A stretch of 64,000 nt of DNA, taken from NCBI GenBank assembly GCA_963850305.1, contig CAWKKR010000008.1:1440001-1504000 (forward strand), read 5' to 3'. How positions within the stretch are numbered: position 1 is the stretch's first letter; every line of letters begins with the position of its first letter. Positions 27,655-37,363 of the stretch are shown in pieces. Below the pieces are notes generated by a model, which was given only the letters and a program-made list of their open reading frames with translations, was not told where the DNA came from and ran no database searches. The position numbers and the translations under genes were made by a program. The DNA comes from an uncultured delta proteobacterium. GTDB lineage: Bacteria; Myxococcota_A; Polyangia; Polyangiales; Polyangiaceae.

Positions 27655-30015
27655 ATGTCAGAGCCGATCTCGAGCGATCTCCTGCGGAAGATGGACGCGT
27701 ATTTCCGCGCCGCGAACTACCTGTCGGTAGGTCAGATCTATCTGCTAGCCAATCCGTTGCTTCGCGAGCCCCTCGGCTTGAAGCACGTGAAGCCGCGGCT
27801 CCTGGGCCATTGGGGGACGACGCCGGGGTTGAACTTCGTCTACGTCCACATGAACCGGGTCATCGCCCTGCGCGAACTGGACGTGATCTACGTGACTGGT
27901 CCCGGGCACGGCGGGCCGGCGATCGTCGCGAATGCGTATCTCGAGGGGACGTACAGCGAGGTTTACCCGAACATCTCCCGAGACGAAGATGGCCTCGGAC
28001 GGCTCTTCAAGCAGTTTTCCTTCCCCGGCGGGATCCCGAGTCACGTTGCTCCCGAGACGCCCGGGAGCATCCACGAGGGCGGCGAGCTTGGCTACTCGCT
28101 ATCGCATGCGTTCGGAGCCGTGTTCGACAACCCGGGCCTTCTTGCTTGCTGCGTCGTCGGCGACGGAGAAGCAGAGACGGGTGCGCTCGCGACGAGCTGG
28201 CACTCGAACAAGTTCCTCAATCCAGCGACGGACGGCGCCGTTCTTCCAATTCTCCATCTGAACGGGTACAAGATCGCCGGGCCCACGGTGCTCGCGCGGA
28301 TCCCGCGCGAAGAGCTCGAAGCGCTCCTCCGGGGCTATGGCTGGGCACCGCGCTTCGTCGAGGGGGACGAGCCCGAAGCCATGCACCGGAAGATGGCCGC
28401 TGCGCTCGACGAGACGCTCGACGACATCCGCCGCATTCAGGAGGACGCGCGCGTTCGCGGCGTCACCGAGCGACCGCGCTGGCCGATGCTCGTCCTCGTG
28501 ACGCCGAAGGGATGGACGGGACCCAAGGAAGTAGACGGGGTCCCGGTCGAGGGGACCTTCCGCGCGCATCAGGTTCCGCTGTCCGAGCTCGCCACCAAGC
28601 CCGGCCACCTTCGAATCCTCGAAGACTGGATGAAGAGTTATCGCCCTGATGAGCTCTTCGACGCGCAGGGCACCCTCATTCCCGAGCTGGCGGAGTTGCC
28701 TCCGAAGGGGACGCGCCGGATGAGCGCGAATCCGCACGCCAACGGTGGCGCCCTGAGAGTCCCACTTCGGATGCCCGAGTTTCGAAGCTACGCCGTCGTA
28801 GTACCGGAGCCGGGCGTCACCTACGCGGAGGCGACCCGCGAGCAGGGCAAGTTCATCCGCGACATCCTCGTGCTCAATCGCGAAGCGCGCAATTTCCGGA
28901 TATTCAGCCCCGACGAAACGGCCTCGAACCGGTGGAACCACGTCTTCGAGGTCACGAATCGCGCTTTGGTCGGCGAGGTCCTCCCCGCGGATGATCACGT
29001 CGCGCGCGACGGTCGCGTGATGGAGGTCTTGAGTGAACACCAGTGTGAGGGATGGCTCGAGGGGTACCTCCTCACGGGACGTCACGGCTTCTTCTCTTGC
29101 TACGAAGCGTTCATCCACATCATCGACTCGATGTTCAACCAGCACGCGAAATGGTTGAAGGTGACGCGCGAGATCCCATGGCGACGGCCGATTGCGTCGC
29201 TCAACATCCTCCTTTCGTCGCACGTCTGGCGGCAGGACCACAACGGATTCAGTCACCAGGATCCCGGCTTCATCGACCACGTCGTGAACAAGAAGGCCGA
29301 GGTCGTGCGTGTGTACCTTCCACCGGACGCGAACACGCTCTTGTCCGTCACGGACCACTGCCTGCGCAGCGTGAACTACGTGAACGTGATCGTCGCGGGG
29401 AAGCAGCCCTCCCTCCAGTGGCTCACGATGGACCAGGCCATCAAGCACACGACCGAAGGTATCGGCATCTGGGAGTGGGCGAGCAATGACGACGCGGGCG
29501 ATCCCGATGTGGTCATGGCCTGCGCCGGCGACGTGCCGACCCTCGAGACGCTTGCGGCAGTGAGCATTCTGAGAAAGCACGCCCCGGAGCTCAAGATCCG
29601 TGTCGTGAACGTCGTCGACCTCATGCGGCTCGTGCCCACGAGCGAACACCCGCACGGCCTGGGGGACGCCGACTTCGATGTTCTCTTCACGACGGACCGA
29701 CCCATCATCTTCGCATTCCATGGCTATCCGTGGCTGGTCCACCGGCTCACTTACCGGCGCACCAACCACAAGAACCTGCACGTCCGCGGTTACAAGGAAG
29801 AGGGAACCACCACGACGCCGTTCGACATGGTCGTCAGAAACGACCTCGATCGCTTCCACCTCGTTCAGGACGTGATCGATCGAGTTCCGAAGCTCGGGCC
29901 GCGCGCCGCGCATCTGCGGCAGCGGATGGCTGACCAGCTCGTCGAGCATCGACAGTACGTTTCCGAATACGGCGATGACATGCCGGAGATTCGCGACTGG
30001 CGATGGCTTCGGTGA
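27655..30015 (+). CDS. xfp: Xylulose-5-P/fructose-6-P phosphoketolase
   Basis: [61 protein letters not shown]. Confidence 0.97.
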   Translation: MSEPISSDLLRKMDAYFRAANYLSVGQIYLLANPLLREPLGLKHVKPRLLGHWGTTPGLNFVYVHMNRVIALRELDVIYVTGPGHGGPAIVANAYLEGTYSEVYPNISRDEDGLGRLFKQFSFPGGIPSHVAPETPGSIHEGGELGYSLSHAFGAVFDNPGLLACCVVGDGEAETGALATSWHSNKFLNPATDGAVLPILHLNGYKIAGPTVLARIPREELEALLRGYGWAPRFVEGDEPEAMHRKMAAALDETLDDIRRIQEDARVRGVTERPRWPMLVLVTPKGWTGPKEVDGVPVEGTFRAHQVPLSELATKPGHLRILEDWMKSYRPDELFDAQGTLIPELAELPPKGTRRMSANPHANGGALRVPLRMPEFRSYAVVVPEPGVTYAEATREQGKFIRDILVLNREARNFRIFSPDETASNRWNHVFEVTNRALVGEVLPADDHVARDGRVMEVLSEHQCEGWLEGYLLTGRHGFFSCYEAFIHIIDSMFNQHAKWLKVTREIPWRRPIASLNILLSSHVWRQDHNGFSHQDPGFIDHVVNKKAEVVRVYLPPDANTLLSVTDHCLRSVNYVNVIVAGKQPSLQWLTMDQAIKHTTEGIGIWEWASNDDAGDPDVVMACAGDVPTLETLAAVSILRKHAPELKIRVVNVVDLMRLVPTSEHPHGLGDADFDVLFTTDRPIIFAFHGYPWLVHRLTYRRTNHKNLHVRGYKEEGTTTTPFDMVVRNDLDRFHLVQDVIDRVPKLGPRAAHLRQRMADQLVEHRQYVSEYGDDMPEIRDWRWLR

Positions 30016-30251
30016 CCGGCAGCAGGTCGACGACGAGGAGAGCTCGTACCCGATGGAGACCTTCGAGCGGCTCGGGCTCGCGATCCTGGACCACGTAGAA
30101 GGCGCGACGCTCGATGTGGTGTGGCTCTGAGGTCGCTTTTCGGCGTTTCGTGGTCGAGGGTCTCCCGGATCGACATCAGCCGTGCGTCCAGTTGCCGGGC
30201 AGCTGACGGGCGGGCTTCGGCGACGCGAGCACGCTTCCGTTCGGTTCCAGA

Positions 30252-31271
30252 CTATCGCGCCGTCACGAGCTCCAACACTTTCGCGTACGTAGGAGGCGCC
30301 GCGACGGCACCGCGCTCGCGCAGCATGCGGTGCATCCGCGGCAGCCGGTAATACGGGACGGACGGCAGCACGTGATGTTCGATGTGGAAGTTCACACGAA
30401 TGGGGGCCACGGTTGCCCGCGCGAGGAAGCCGGCGTGCGTCGTCCGGGTGTTCCTGAACATATCCCGACCTCGTTCCGTTCCGGCGTGCTCGGCGATGGA
30501 TCGGATGCGCAGGAAAAGCGGGAAGGGCGTCACGTACGAGAGGACCCAGACGAAGTACAGCCACGAGTGCCCGCTCGCTCGACAGGTCGCGAACAAGAGT
30601 GCATTCGTCAGCAGCATGCCTCCCGCGTTCTTGACGAACTCGTACGGATAGCTCCACCACCGCCGACCGTCGCGAGGCAACCAGACCAGCTCGTTCGCAA
30701 CGGTCCACTTGAGGATCCCCGCATCCATCAGCGCTCGACCGAAGAGGTACTTGATGCCCGTCAGACCGACGATGTCGCGTCGGAACTTTCGAGCCAGCGA
30801 CGCCCGTGTCGTCGGAAACGGCTGGATCAGGGACAGGTCCGGGTCGTCCGGTTGGTTCGTTCTCCGATGGTGAATGAAATGGTGCGCGCGGTATTTCCGG
30901 AGATCGTTCCATGTCGGACGTGCGCAGAGCCAATCGCCCACGGCGTCATTGAGCCATCGCGTCTTGAAGAGTGTTCTGTGGGCAGCCTCGTGATGCAGGA
31001 TGGCGAGTCCGAGGTGGCGCCCGCCGAGAACTGCGAAGCCGAGCACGAATGCCGGAACCGCGATCCACGACGGCTCGAAGCTTGCCCAGACCAGCGCTGC
31101 GAAGGTCGCGACGATCACGGTCCAGGTGAAGCCTACCGCGAGCAGTCCCATCAGATCGGAACGCTGGCTCAGCATCCGGATCTCCTCGTGAGTGAAGAGC
31201 TCGGACGTCTTTCGACGCGTTTCCGGCGGCAGGTCCGGGGGCGTCGAGGATTCGGGGATCGACTCGTTCAT
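30252..31271 (-). CDS. Fatty acid desaturase family protein
   Basis: His boxes HEAAH, HFIHH, HIEHH and TM segments. Start MNESI overlaps the PaaX-like stop (ATGA). Confidence 0.9.
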   Translation of the reverse strand: MNESIPESSTPPDLPPETRRKTSELFTHEEIRMLSQRSDLMGLLAVGFTWTVIVATFAALVWASFEPSWIAVPAFVLGFAVLGGRHLGLAILHHEAAHRTLFKTRWLNDAVGDWLCARPTWNDLRKYRAHHFIHHRRTNQPDDPDLSLIQPFPTTRASLARKFRRDIVGLTGIKYLFGRALMDAGILKWTVANELVWLPRDGRRWWSYPYEFVKNAGGMLLTNALLFATCRASGHSWLYFVWVLSYVTPFPLFLRIRSIAEHAGTERGRDMFRNTRTTHAGFLARATVAPIRVNFHIEHHVLPSVPYYRLPRMHRMLRERGAVAAPPTYAKVLELVTAR

Positions 31272-32131
31272 CTTGAGGCTCCAGCCAGTTGAATCTTTCG
31301 ATGGCGCGCGGGAAGCCGCGCGCGCTGGGCGCCGTCGTCCGACTCCAGCGATGCGAGCACTCGACGCCAGACCGCGTGCCCCGCCTTGTCGAAGCGAAGG
31401 AGCGCTTCCGTGAACGCGCGCCGCTCCTTCACGTCCACGAGGGGAGCCGGAAGCAACGGATCGAAAACGAGGGAGTGAATTGCATCGTGGCCGATCAGGA
31501 ACGACTCTCGCGCCGCCGTCATCGGGTCGAGAGAAGGGGCGCGCTCCAGCCACGCTTCGAGCAGGCGACGAGACTGCGTGTAGGTTTTCATCAGCTTCTT
31601 GCCGTTCCAGAGAGCTCGCGCCCGTGCATCCCAGTCCTCGTCGAAGTCGCTCGCGACGAAGAGACCGCACGCTTCGGACTCGAGCTTCAGCTTGAACATG
31701 CGATCGCGCACGGCCCCGACCCCGCCGACCAGGTTGTCCGGGCGCAAGAACAAGTTCCGCTCGAGCTCCCGGAATCCGAGCAGCGCGAATGCGCGATCAC
31801 GTCGCCTCGACGCCGGGCGATCGGCCCGAGCCAGGGGCGTGCCGCATGCCGCAATCCAGTTCCCGCTCCACTCGCCACGGACGCGCGACTCGGCGTTGCG
31901 CCACATCCGAAGATCGTCGGCGAGGCTCGCCGCGTTCGGCCCAATTCGATACTCGCCGCGCCCCGTGGCTTCGATCTTACCGGCGGCCGACAGGCGTACC
32001 AGGGCGACGCGTACGCTGTTCTCTCTGATCCCGAAAATGGCGCATGCAGAAATCGCGGCTCGCGCCGAGATGCAGGCGTCATCGGCGCCCACGAGCAGGC
32101 GAAGAATGAGCTGGCGAGGGTTCGGTGTCAT
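31268..32131 (-). CDS. PaaX-family transcriptional regulator
   Basis: wHTH FGIRENSVRVALVRL..RGEY; LGF..LRPDNL; C-terminal FDPLLPAPLV. Confidence 0.88.
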   Translation of the reverse strand: MTPNPRQLILRLLVGADDACISARAAISACAIFGIRENSVRVALVRLSAAGKIEATGRGEYRIGPNAASLADDLRMWRNAESRVRGEWSGNWIAACGTPLARADRPASRRRDRAFALLGFRELERNLFLRPDNLVGGVGAVRDRMFKLKLESEACGLFVASDFDEDWDARARALWNGKKLMKTYTQSRRLLEAWLERAPSLDPMTAARESFLIGHDAIHSLVFDPLLPAPLVDVKERRAFTEALLRFDKAGHAVWRRVLASLESDDGAQRARLPARHRKIQLAGASR

Positions 32132-32145
32132 TAATACTCGTCCGT

Positions 32146-32208
32146 CGTAATTGCGCCTCGATATGTAATGTGACATAAGAAGTACATTCTATCAACGTAA
32201 CTGTAATG
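32146..32208. promoter_or_regulatory. AT-rich divergent promoter region with candidate operator
   Basis: Inverted repeat TATGT-N6-ACATA (32162-32177); TGTAATG at 32164 and 32202; CGTAA at 32146 and 32196. Confidence 0.45.
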
Positions 32209-32231
32209 AATGACGAAAAGGGGCAGAAATC

Positions 32232-33146
32232 ATGGATACTTTGAAGACCATGACCTACGAGGTCCGCGGACGCGTCGCCCGGATCACGCTGAATCGACCC
32301 GCGCGCGGTAACGGCATCACGCTGGACATGCCGCAGGAGCTGGCCGCCTGCGTCGAGCGCGCGAACCTCGATCCAGCAGTGCACGTGATTGCGCTGGCGG
32401 GGAACGGGTCGGGTTTCTGCGGCGGCTACGACCTCGTGGAGAGCGCGGAAGGTCACGGGGTGCCGAGCGACGCTTCCTTGCGTCCGGCGGGGTCGGCGCT
32501 CGATCGTCGAGTGCAGATGCTGAACCACGTACCGAACACCGCGTGGGATCCGATGACCGATTACGCCATGATGAGCCGCAACGTTCGCGGCTTCATGAGC
32601 CTCTTTCATGGCGAAAAGCCGGTGGTCTGCAAGGTGCACGGCTTCTGCGTCGCTGGCGGCACCGACATGGCGCTCTGTTCGGATCTTCTCGTGATCGCGG
32701 ACGATGCGAAGATCGGTTATCCTCCGGCGCGCGTCTGGGGTTCACCGACGACGTCTCTCTGGGTGCACCGGCTCGGGATCGAGAAGGCCAAGCGATTGCT
32801 CTTCACCGGGGATTGCCTTTCCGGCAAGGAAGCGGCCGAGTGGGGACTCGCGATCGAGTCGGCCCCTCGGGACGAGTTGGACGAGCGCTTCGAAATCCTC
32901 GTCGGGCGCATCGCGCAGATGCCGATCAATCAGCTCATCATGATGAAGCTGTTGCTCAATCAGACGTTGATGGCCCAGGGGCTTCACACGACGCAGCTCG
33001 TCGGGACCATCTTCGACGGCATCACGCGCCACACGAAGGAGGGGTACGCGTTTCAGCAGCGCGCGGCCGAGGTGGGCTTCAAACAGGCCGTGCGCGAGCG
33101 CGATGAGCCTTTCGGGGACTTCGGGATGTCGTCGTTCAAGGGGTGA
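32232..33146 (+). CDS. Crotonase/enoyl-CoA hydratase family protein
   Basis: ITLNRP..N, FCGGYDL, KPVVCKVHGFCVAGG, LLFTGD. Confidence 0.93.
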   Translation: MDTLKTMTYEVRGRVARITLNRPARGNGITLDMPQELAACVERANLDPAVHVIALAGNGSGFCGGYDLVESAEGHGVPSDASLRPAGSALDRRVQMLNHVPNTAWDPMTDYAMMSRNVRGFMSLFHGEKPVVCKVHGFCVAGGTDMALCSDLLVIADDAKIGYPPARVWGSPTTSLWVHRLGIEKAKRLLFTGDCLSGKEAAEWGLAIESAPRDELDERFEILVGRIAQMPINQLIMMKLLLNQTLMAQGLHTTQLVGTIFDGITRHTKEGYAFQQRAAEVGFKQAVRERDEPFGDFGMSSFKG

Positions 33147-33148
33147 GC

Positions 33149-33829
33149 TCACCTTGCCATCGGGAGCGGCGCGACGCCCGGACCCTCGCCGACGAGCGTG
33201 GCGGAGCCGAGGCGGGACATCACGCGGCGCGCTCGTTCGATGCTGGCGTCAGCCACGTGTCGTCCCTCGTCGCCTTCTTCCAGGACGATCCGCGTGACCC
33301 CCTCGAGTGCGAGCACGAGCGCGCGTAAGAGGAGCGGATCGACGCGCCTGCCGCCGCGCTGCGGCATCCCGTCATGGAGCATCTGGACCAGGACCTCGTG
33401 GACCTCCATGCGGCGCGCGTGCAGTGATGACTCGAGGCGCTGCGCCTCGCCACCCAGTACGAAGACGAGCCGGCCCATGTCGCGGGCGTTCTTCAGGTGC
33501 GCATCGATGCAGCCTTGAAGCTGCCGGAGCGCCTCCGTTTCCCGGCTCACGGCGAGCCGGCATGCATCGAGCAGGTTTTCCGTGCCGAGGCGGTAGAGCG
33601 CCTCCGCGACGTCTTCCTTGCTCTCGTACAGCCGATAGAACGTGCGCCGCGAGATCCCCGCGGCGGCGAGCAGATCTTCGACGGACGCAGCGCGGAAGCC
33701 GCGGTTCGCGAACACGATCGCGGCCCCCTGCAGAACGTGGGCGCGCGCGCTGGCCTCGCCGAGCTGTACGCCGCTCGGCCCCGGGGGTCGCTCGGTGGGG
33801 ACTCTCTTACCTGAGGACTTGCGGACCAT
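33149..33829 (-). CDS. TetR/AcrR-family regulator
   Basis: FANRGFRAASVEDLLAAAGISRRTFYRLYESKED HTH; start probably MVRKS. Confidence 0.9.
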   Translation of the reverse strand: MVRKSSGKRVPTERPPGPSGVQLGEASARAHVLQGAAIVFANRGFRAASVEDLLAAAGISRRTFYRLYESKEDVAEALYRLGTENLLDACRLAVSRETEALRQLQGCIDAHLKNARDMGRLVFVLGGEAQRLESSLHARRMEVHEVLVQMLHDGMPQRGGRRVDPLLLRALVLALEGVTRIVLEEGDEGRHVADASIERARRVMSRLGSATLVGEGPGVAPLPMAR

Positions 33830-34044
33830 TGGCGCCGAGCATGCCCACGCCTTGGGCGCGCCGTCAGCGTCGATCTGCGGGTTCCCAAGCAAGTCCTTGA
33901 CGAGAGGTATACGTATTGTCTACCATGAGCTCGATGGAAACTCTGCGAGACGAGCGCTGCCTTCTGACCGGCGCGGCGAGCGGGCACCTCGTCAACGTCT
34001 CTCCGGCTGCGCGGCTCGTCGGGCTGCCCTGGCACGCTGCGTAC

Positions 34045-35199
34045 ATGAAGCGAGCCGGTGCGACGGCCATTATTGCCCTGCTGGCATGCGGGCCGTCGGG
34101 CTGCGGTGGACAAGGCTCCGGCTCTTCGCCGGATGGGGCCGGATCGAACGACGGCGGAGGTCGAGCGAGACCGGTGCTCGGCGAACCGATCGATGTGCCG
34201 GACTCGGAGGAGTGGGTGTGGGTTCCGATCGAGGGCACGCAGTGCGCCGACGGCACGGAGGCAGGGATCGGCGTCAATTTCACGAGTCAGAGTCGCGATC
34301 TGCTGGTGTTTTTTCAGGGTAACGGCGTCTGCTACGACCTGATCTCCTGCACGATATTCCAGTCGGAGCTCACGGGCATGGGCTCCGATCCCCTGGATCA
34401 TCTCTGGTGGAGTGACCCGAATACGAACCACCTCGGGATCTTCGATCGAAGCGATCCGACGAATCCGTTTCGCGCGAGCAACTTCATCGCGTTCCCGCAC
34501 TGCGGAGTCGACGCGCACACGGCGGACAAGGACTCCACGTATCCGCCTCTCCCGACGATTCACCAGCACGGTTACGCCAACGTGACGATCACACTCCCGA
34601 GGATCCTCGCTACGTTCCAGGATGCGACGCGAGTGGTCGTGACGGGCTTCAGCGCCGGCGGGATCGGTGCCTCGGCGAACTACGACCAGATTGCGAACGG
34701 CTTCGAAGGGCTGGGGATGCCGTCTCCGTTCCTGATCGTCGATGCAGGCCCAATTCTCCGCCCCCCGTACGCCAGCGCGACGGCGACGGCGTCTCTTCAC
34801 GATGGATGGGGGCTGGCCCAGACGATCGACACCTGGTGTTCCACGTGCCCGACCGAGGGATACCACACTGGATACAGGGAACTCGCACGGCGGCACCCGG
34901 GACTTCGCAGCTCGATCCTCTCTTCGTACAATGACGATACCGCCACGCCACTCTATGCTCTCTTGAACGCAGACACGACGTTCGACGGTGCCGAGTTCCA
35001 GGCGGGGCTCCTGGATCTCGCGACCTGGACGGCAAGTTATCAAGACACGCTCGCCCCGAGTGCACACCAGGAATTCTTTTACCCAGGCAGCCGGCACGGC
35101 GCTCTCGTCGTCGACGCACTCTCGGCGACGCCAGGCCTCACCGACTTCCTGAATGAGCAACTCGGTGGCAGCCCCGACTGGGCTACCGTCGAACAGTGA
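34045..35199 (+). CDS. Pectin acetylesterase/Notum-like serine hydrolase, probable lipoprotein
   Basis: CADGT..G, FFQGNGVCYD, TGFSAGG nucleophile motif, C-terminal HG; N-terminal signal peptide with Cys. Confidence 0.8.
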   Translation: MKRAGATAIIALLACGPSGCGGQGSGSSPDGAGSNDGGGRARPVLGEPIDVPDSEEWVWVPIEGTQCADGTEAGIGVNFTSQSRDLLVFFQGNGVCYDLISCTIFQSELTGMGSDPLDHLWWSDPNTNHLGIFDRSDPTNPFRASNFIAFPHCGVDAHTADKDSTYPPLPTIHQHGYANVTITLPRILATFQDATRVVVTGFSAGGIGASANYDQIANGFEGLGMPSPFLIVDAGPILRPPYASATATASLHDGWGLAQTIDTWCSTCPTEGYHTGYRELARRHPGLRSSILSSYNDDTATPLYALLNADTTFDGAEFQAGLLDLATWTASYQDTLAPSAHQEFFYPGSRHGALVVDALSATPGLTDFLNEQLGGSPDWATVEQ

Positions 35200-35762
35200 G
35201 GCCCCTGATGCATCCCAGAAAATTGCGAATCGAGCCGCTGGAACCCTCCGAGTGGAGCGAGGACGTGCGCGACGCGCTCGGGCCTCGGACCAGTTCGGGA
35301 CGCGCGTTGAACATCTTCACCACGCTGGCGCGTCACCCCCAGTTGCTCAAGCGATGGCTCGTGTTCGGTAGCCACATTCTCGGCGGCTCGACGCTCTCGC
35401 CGCGCGCACGCGAGCTCTTGATCCTCCGGACCGGGTATCGCTGTAAGAGCGAGTACGAGTGGGGTCAGCATGCCCACATTGCGCGGCAGGTGGGGCTCTC
35501 GGACGAGGAGATCCGTCGCATCACGGAGGGACCCGGCGCACCGGGTTGGGAGCCGCTCGAGGCGCTGCTTCTCCGCGCTGCGGATGAGCTCCACGACGAT
35601 CAGGTCATCGGTGATGTCACGTGGGCCGCTCTCCGCGACGCATACGACGTGAAGCAGCTGCTCGACCTGGTCTTCACCGTGGGTCAGTACACCCTGGTCT
35701 CGATGGCGCTGAACACGCTGGGTGTCCAGCTCGACGAGGGCGTCGAGGGATTCCCCAAATGA
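35196..35762 (+). CDS. Carboxymuconolactone decarboxylase/AhpD-like protein
   Basis: LARHP, LSPRARELLILR, YEWGQH; GTGA overlap with the upstream gene. Confidence 0.88.
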   Translation: MRPLMHPRKLRIEPLEPSEWSEDVRDALGPRTSSGRALNIFTTLARHPQLLKRWLVFGSHILGGSTLSPRARELLILRTGYRCKSEYEWGQHAHIARQVGLSDEEIRRITEGPGAPGWEPLEALLLRAADELHDDQVIGDVTWAALRDAYDVKQLLDLVFTVGQYTLVSMALNTLGVQLDEGVEGFPK

Positions 35763-36565
35763 GGCTCGAGGGCAAAGTCGCGATCGTCGTCGGCGGGGGT
35801 CAGACCCCGGGAGATACGATCGGGAACGGGCGCGCCGCCGCGATTCTGTTCGCGCGCGAAGGTGCCAAGGTGCTGGTCGTGGACCGCGATCGGGATTCGG
35901 CGGAGGAGACGGCCGAACTGATCCGGAAGGAGAATGGTCTCAGCCGCGCGGTGCGCGCCGACGTGACGCGGGAGGACGATTGCCGGAGCTTCGTGGAAGC
36001 GTGCGTCTCCACGTTCGGCAAGATCGACGTGCTCCACAATAACGTCGGAATCGGTACCGGCGACAATGGCGTCGATCAGCTCACCGAGGAAGCCTGGGAC
36101 CGCATCTACGATGTGAACACCAAGAGCGTCTTCCTCGCGTGCAAGCACGCGATTCCCCTGATGCGCAATCAGCGGAGCGGCGTCGTCCTCAACGTATCGT
36201 CGATTGCCTCGATCTGCGCCTCTCCGCTCTCCTCGCATCTCACCGCTTACAAGTCGAGCAAGGCGGCGGTGAACGCGCTCACGCAGGGCCTCGCGATCGC
36301 GAACGCGGGTTATGGGATCCGGGTGAACGCGATTCTGCCGGGCCTCATGAACACGCCGATGGCGATCGAAAGCATCGCCAATCGCCTCCAAATGGACAAG
36401 GCGGATCTCGTGCGCGCGCGCGACGCGATGGTCCCGCTGGGCGGGAAGATGGGGACGGCCTGGGACGTCGCCTTCGCCGCGCTGTTTCTCGCGTCGGACG
36501 AGGCTCGGTTCATCACCGGCGTGCTCTTGCCGGTGGACGGGGGGCAGAGCACCCGAACTGGATGA
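35759..36565 (+). CDS. SDR-family oxidoreductase
   Basis: MRLEGKVAIVVGGG..IGNG, NNVG, YKSSK, IRVNAILPG, VDGG; ATGA overlap. Confidence 0.93.
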   Translation: MRLEGKVAIVVGGGQTPGDTIGNGRAAAILFAREGAKVLVVDRDRDSAEETAELIRKENGLSRAVRADVTREDDCRSFVEACVSTFGKIDVLHNNVGIGTGDNGVDQLTEEAWDRIYDVNTKSVFLACKHAIPLMRNQRSGVVLNVSSIASICASPLSSHLTAYKSSKAAVNALTQGLAIANAGYGIRVNAILPGLMNTPMAIESIANRLQMDKADLVRARDAMVPLGGKMGTAWDVAFAALFLASDEARFITGVLLPVDGGQSTRTG

Positions 36566-36601
36566 GCGTGAACCGAAGCGCGATCGGCGGATTGGCGACG
36601 C

Positions 36602-37120
36602 TCAGAACGGGAGTCCCTGCACGTCGATGCGTCCCTTCGGCCACGTCGGTGCGGCGTGTAGCGCACGCCACATCGCGGGCATGGGCATCCGTACCCGTCC
36701 ATCGGGCTGGTCGACCCACACGGGGGAGGGGAGCTCGAGGTATCCGCGACGCGCGTAGATCGCGACGAGACTGACGTTGCAGAAGATCATGGCTCGATCG
36801 GGGCCCATGGCTTCCACGAGCGGTTTGAGGCCGTCCATCAGCCGCTCGAGAAGGCCCCGCCCGCGCAGCTCTTTTCGGATGATGAGCCCGCCGACGCCGA
36901 CGACCTCGAACCCGTTCCCGCCCTCGACATCGACGTGCGCGACGGTCGCGCCCGCGACAGCCTCGAGCCGCCCGTCGTCTCCGCGTAGCCCCACGTGGCG
37001 GTCCTTTGCGCGCCAGACGAGTCCGGCGCCGGCTGGGCCGAATGGCTCCCGCTCGCGCCCGGTCAGAGCGATCCACTCTCGCAGAGACAGCTCACCGAAT
37101 TCGACCAGCTCCACGGACAC
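36602..37120 (-). CDS. GNAT-family N-acetyltransferase (AAC(2')-like fold)
   Basis: VGGLIIRKELRGRGL motif A, IYARRGY. Confidence 0.75.
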   Translation of the reverse strand: MSVELVEFGELSLREWIALTGREREPFGPAGAGLVWRAKDRHVGLRGDDGRLEAVAGATVAHVDVEGGNGFEVVGVGGLIIRKELRGRGLLERLMDGLKPLVEAMGPDRAMIFCNVSLVAIYARRGYLELPSPVWVDQPDGRVRMPMPAMWRALHAAPTWPKGRIDVQGLPF

Positions 37121-37363
37121 ACTTTATAGTGTGCCCGGGTCTTTCGCTCAACCACGGCGCGCCGCGCGCCGATGCTGCACGCGATGCCCGTAGTTCGATC
37201 GCAGACGATCCATTAGCTACACCGTAAGCGGTGAAAATATCGTTAAGATCGCGCCGAAAATGAGCGGCGCTTCCTGCCGCCATGCCGGCTCGTATCGAAC
37301 GTCGTTCCCACGCAATTTACTCGCGTCTGTCGGGCCGGCGAAAGTAGTTCATTATCGGATGCC

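Noticed and set aside
30017..30130. Short coding-like stretch QQVDDEESSYPMETFERLGLAILDHVEGATLDVVWL* after xfp
   Set aside because: It could be a gene remnant, but it is too short, has no clear start or RBS, and matches no recognisable family.
28099..30933. Long antisense ORFs (also 63-1022, 3208-4833, 42357-43997, 55741-57642, 59214-61991)
   Set aside because: Shadow ORFs opposite well-supported genes, expected in high-GC DNA; no motifs.
34030..34045. TGGCACG as a sigma54 -24 element before the esterase gene
   Set aside because: There is no GC at -12, and it abuts the start codon.
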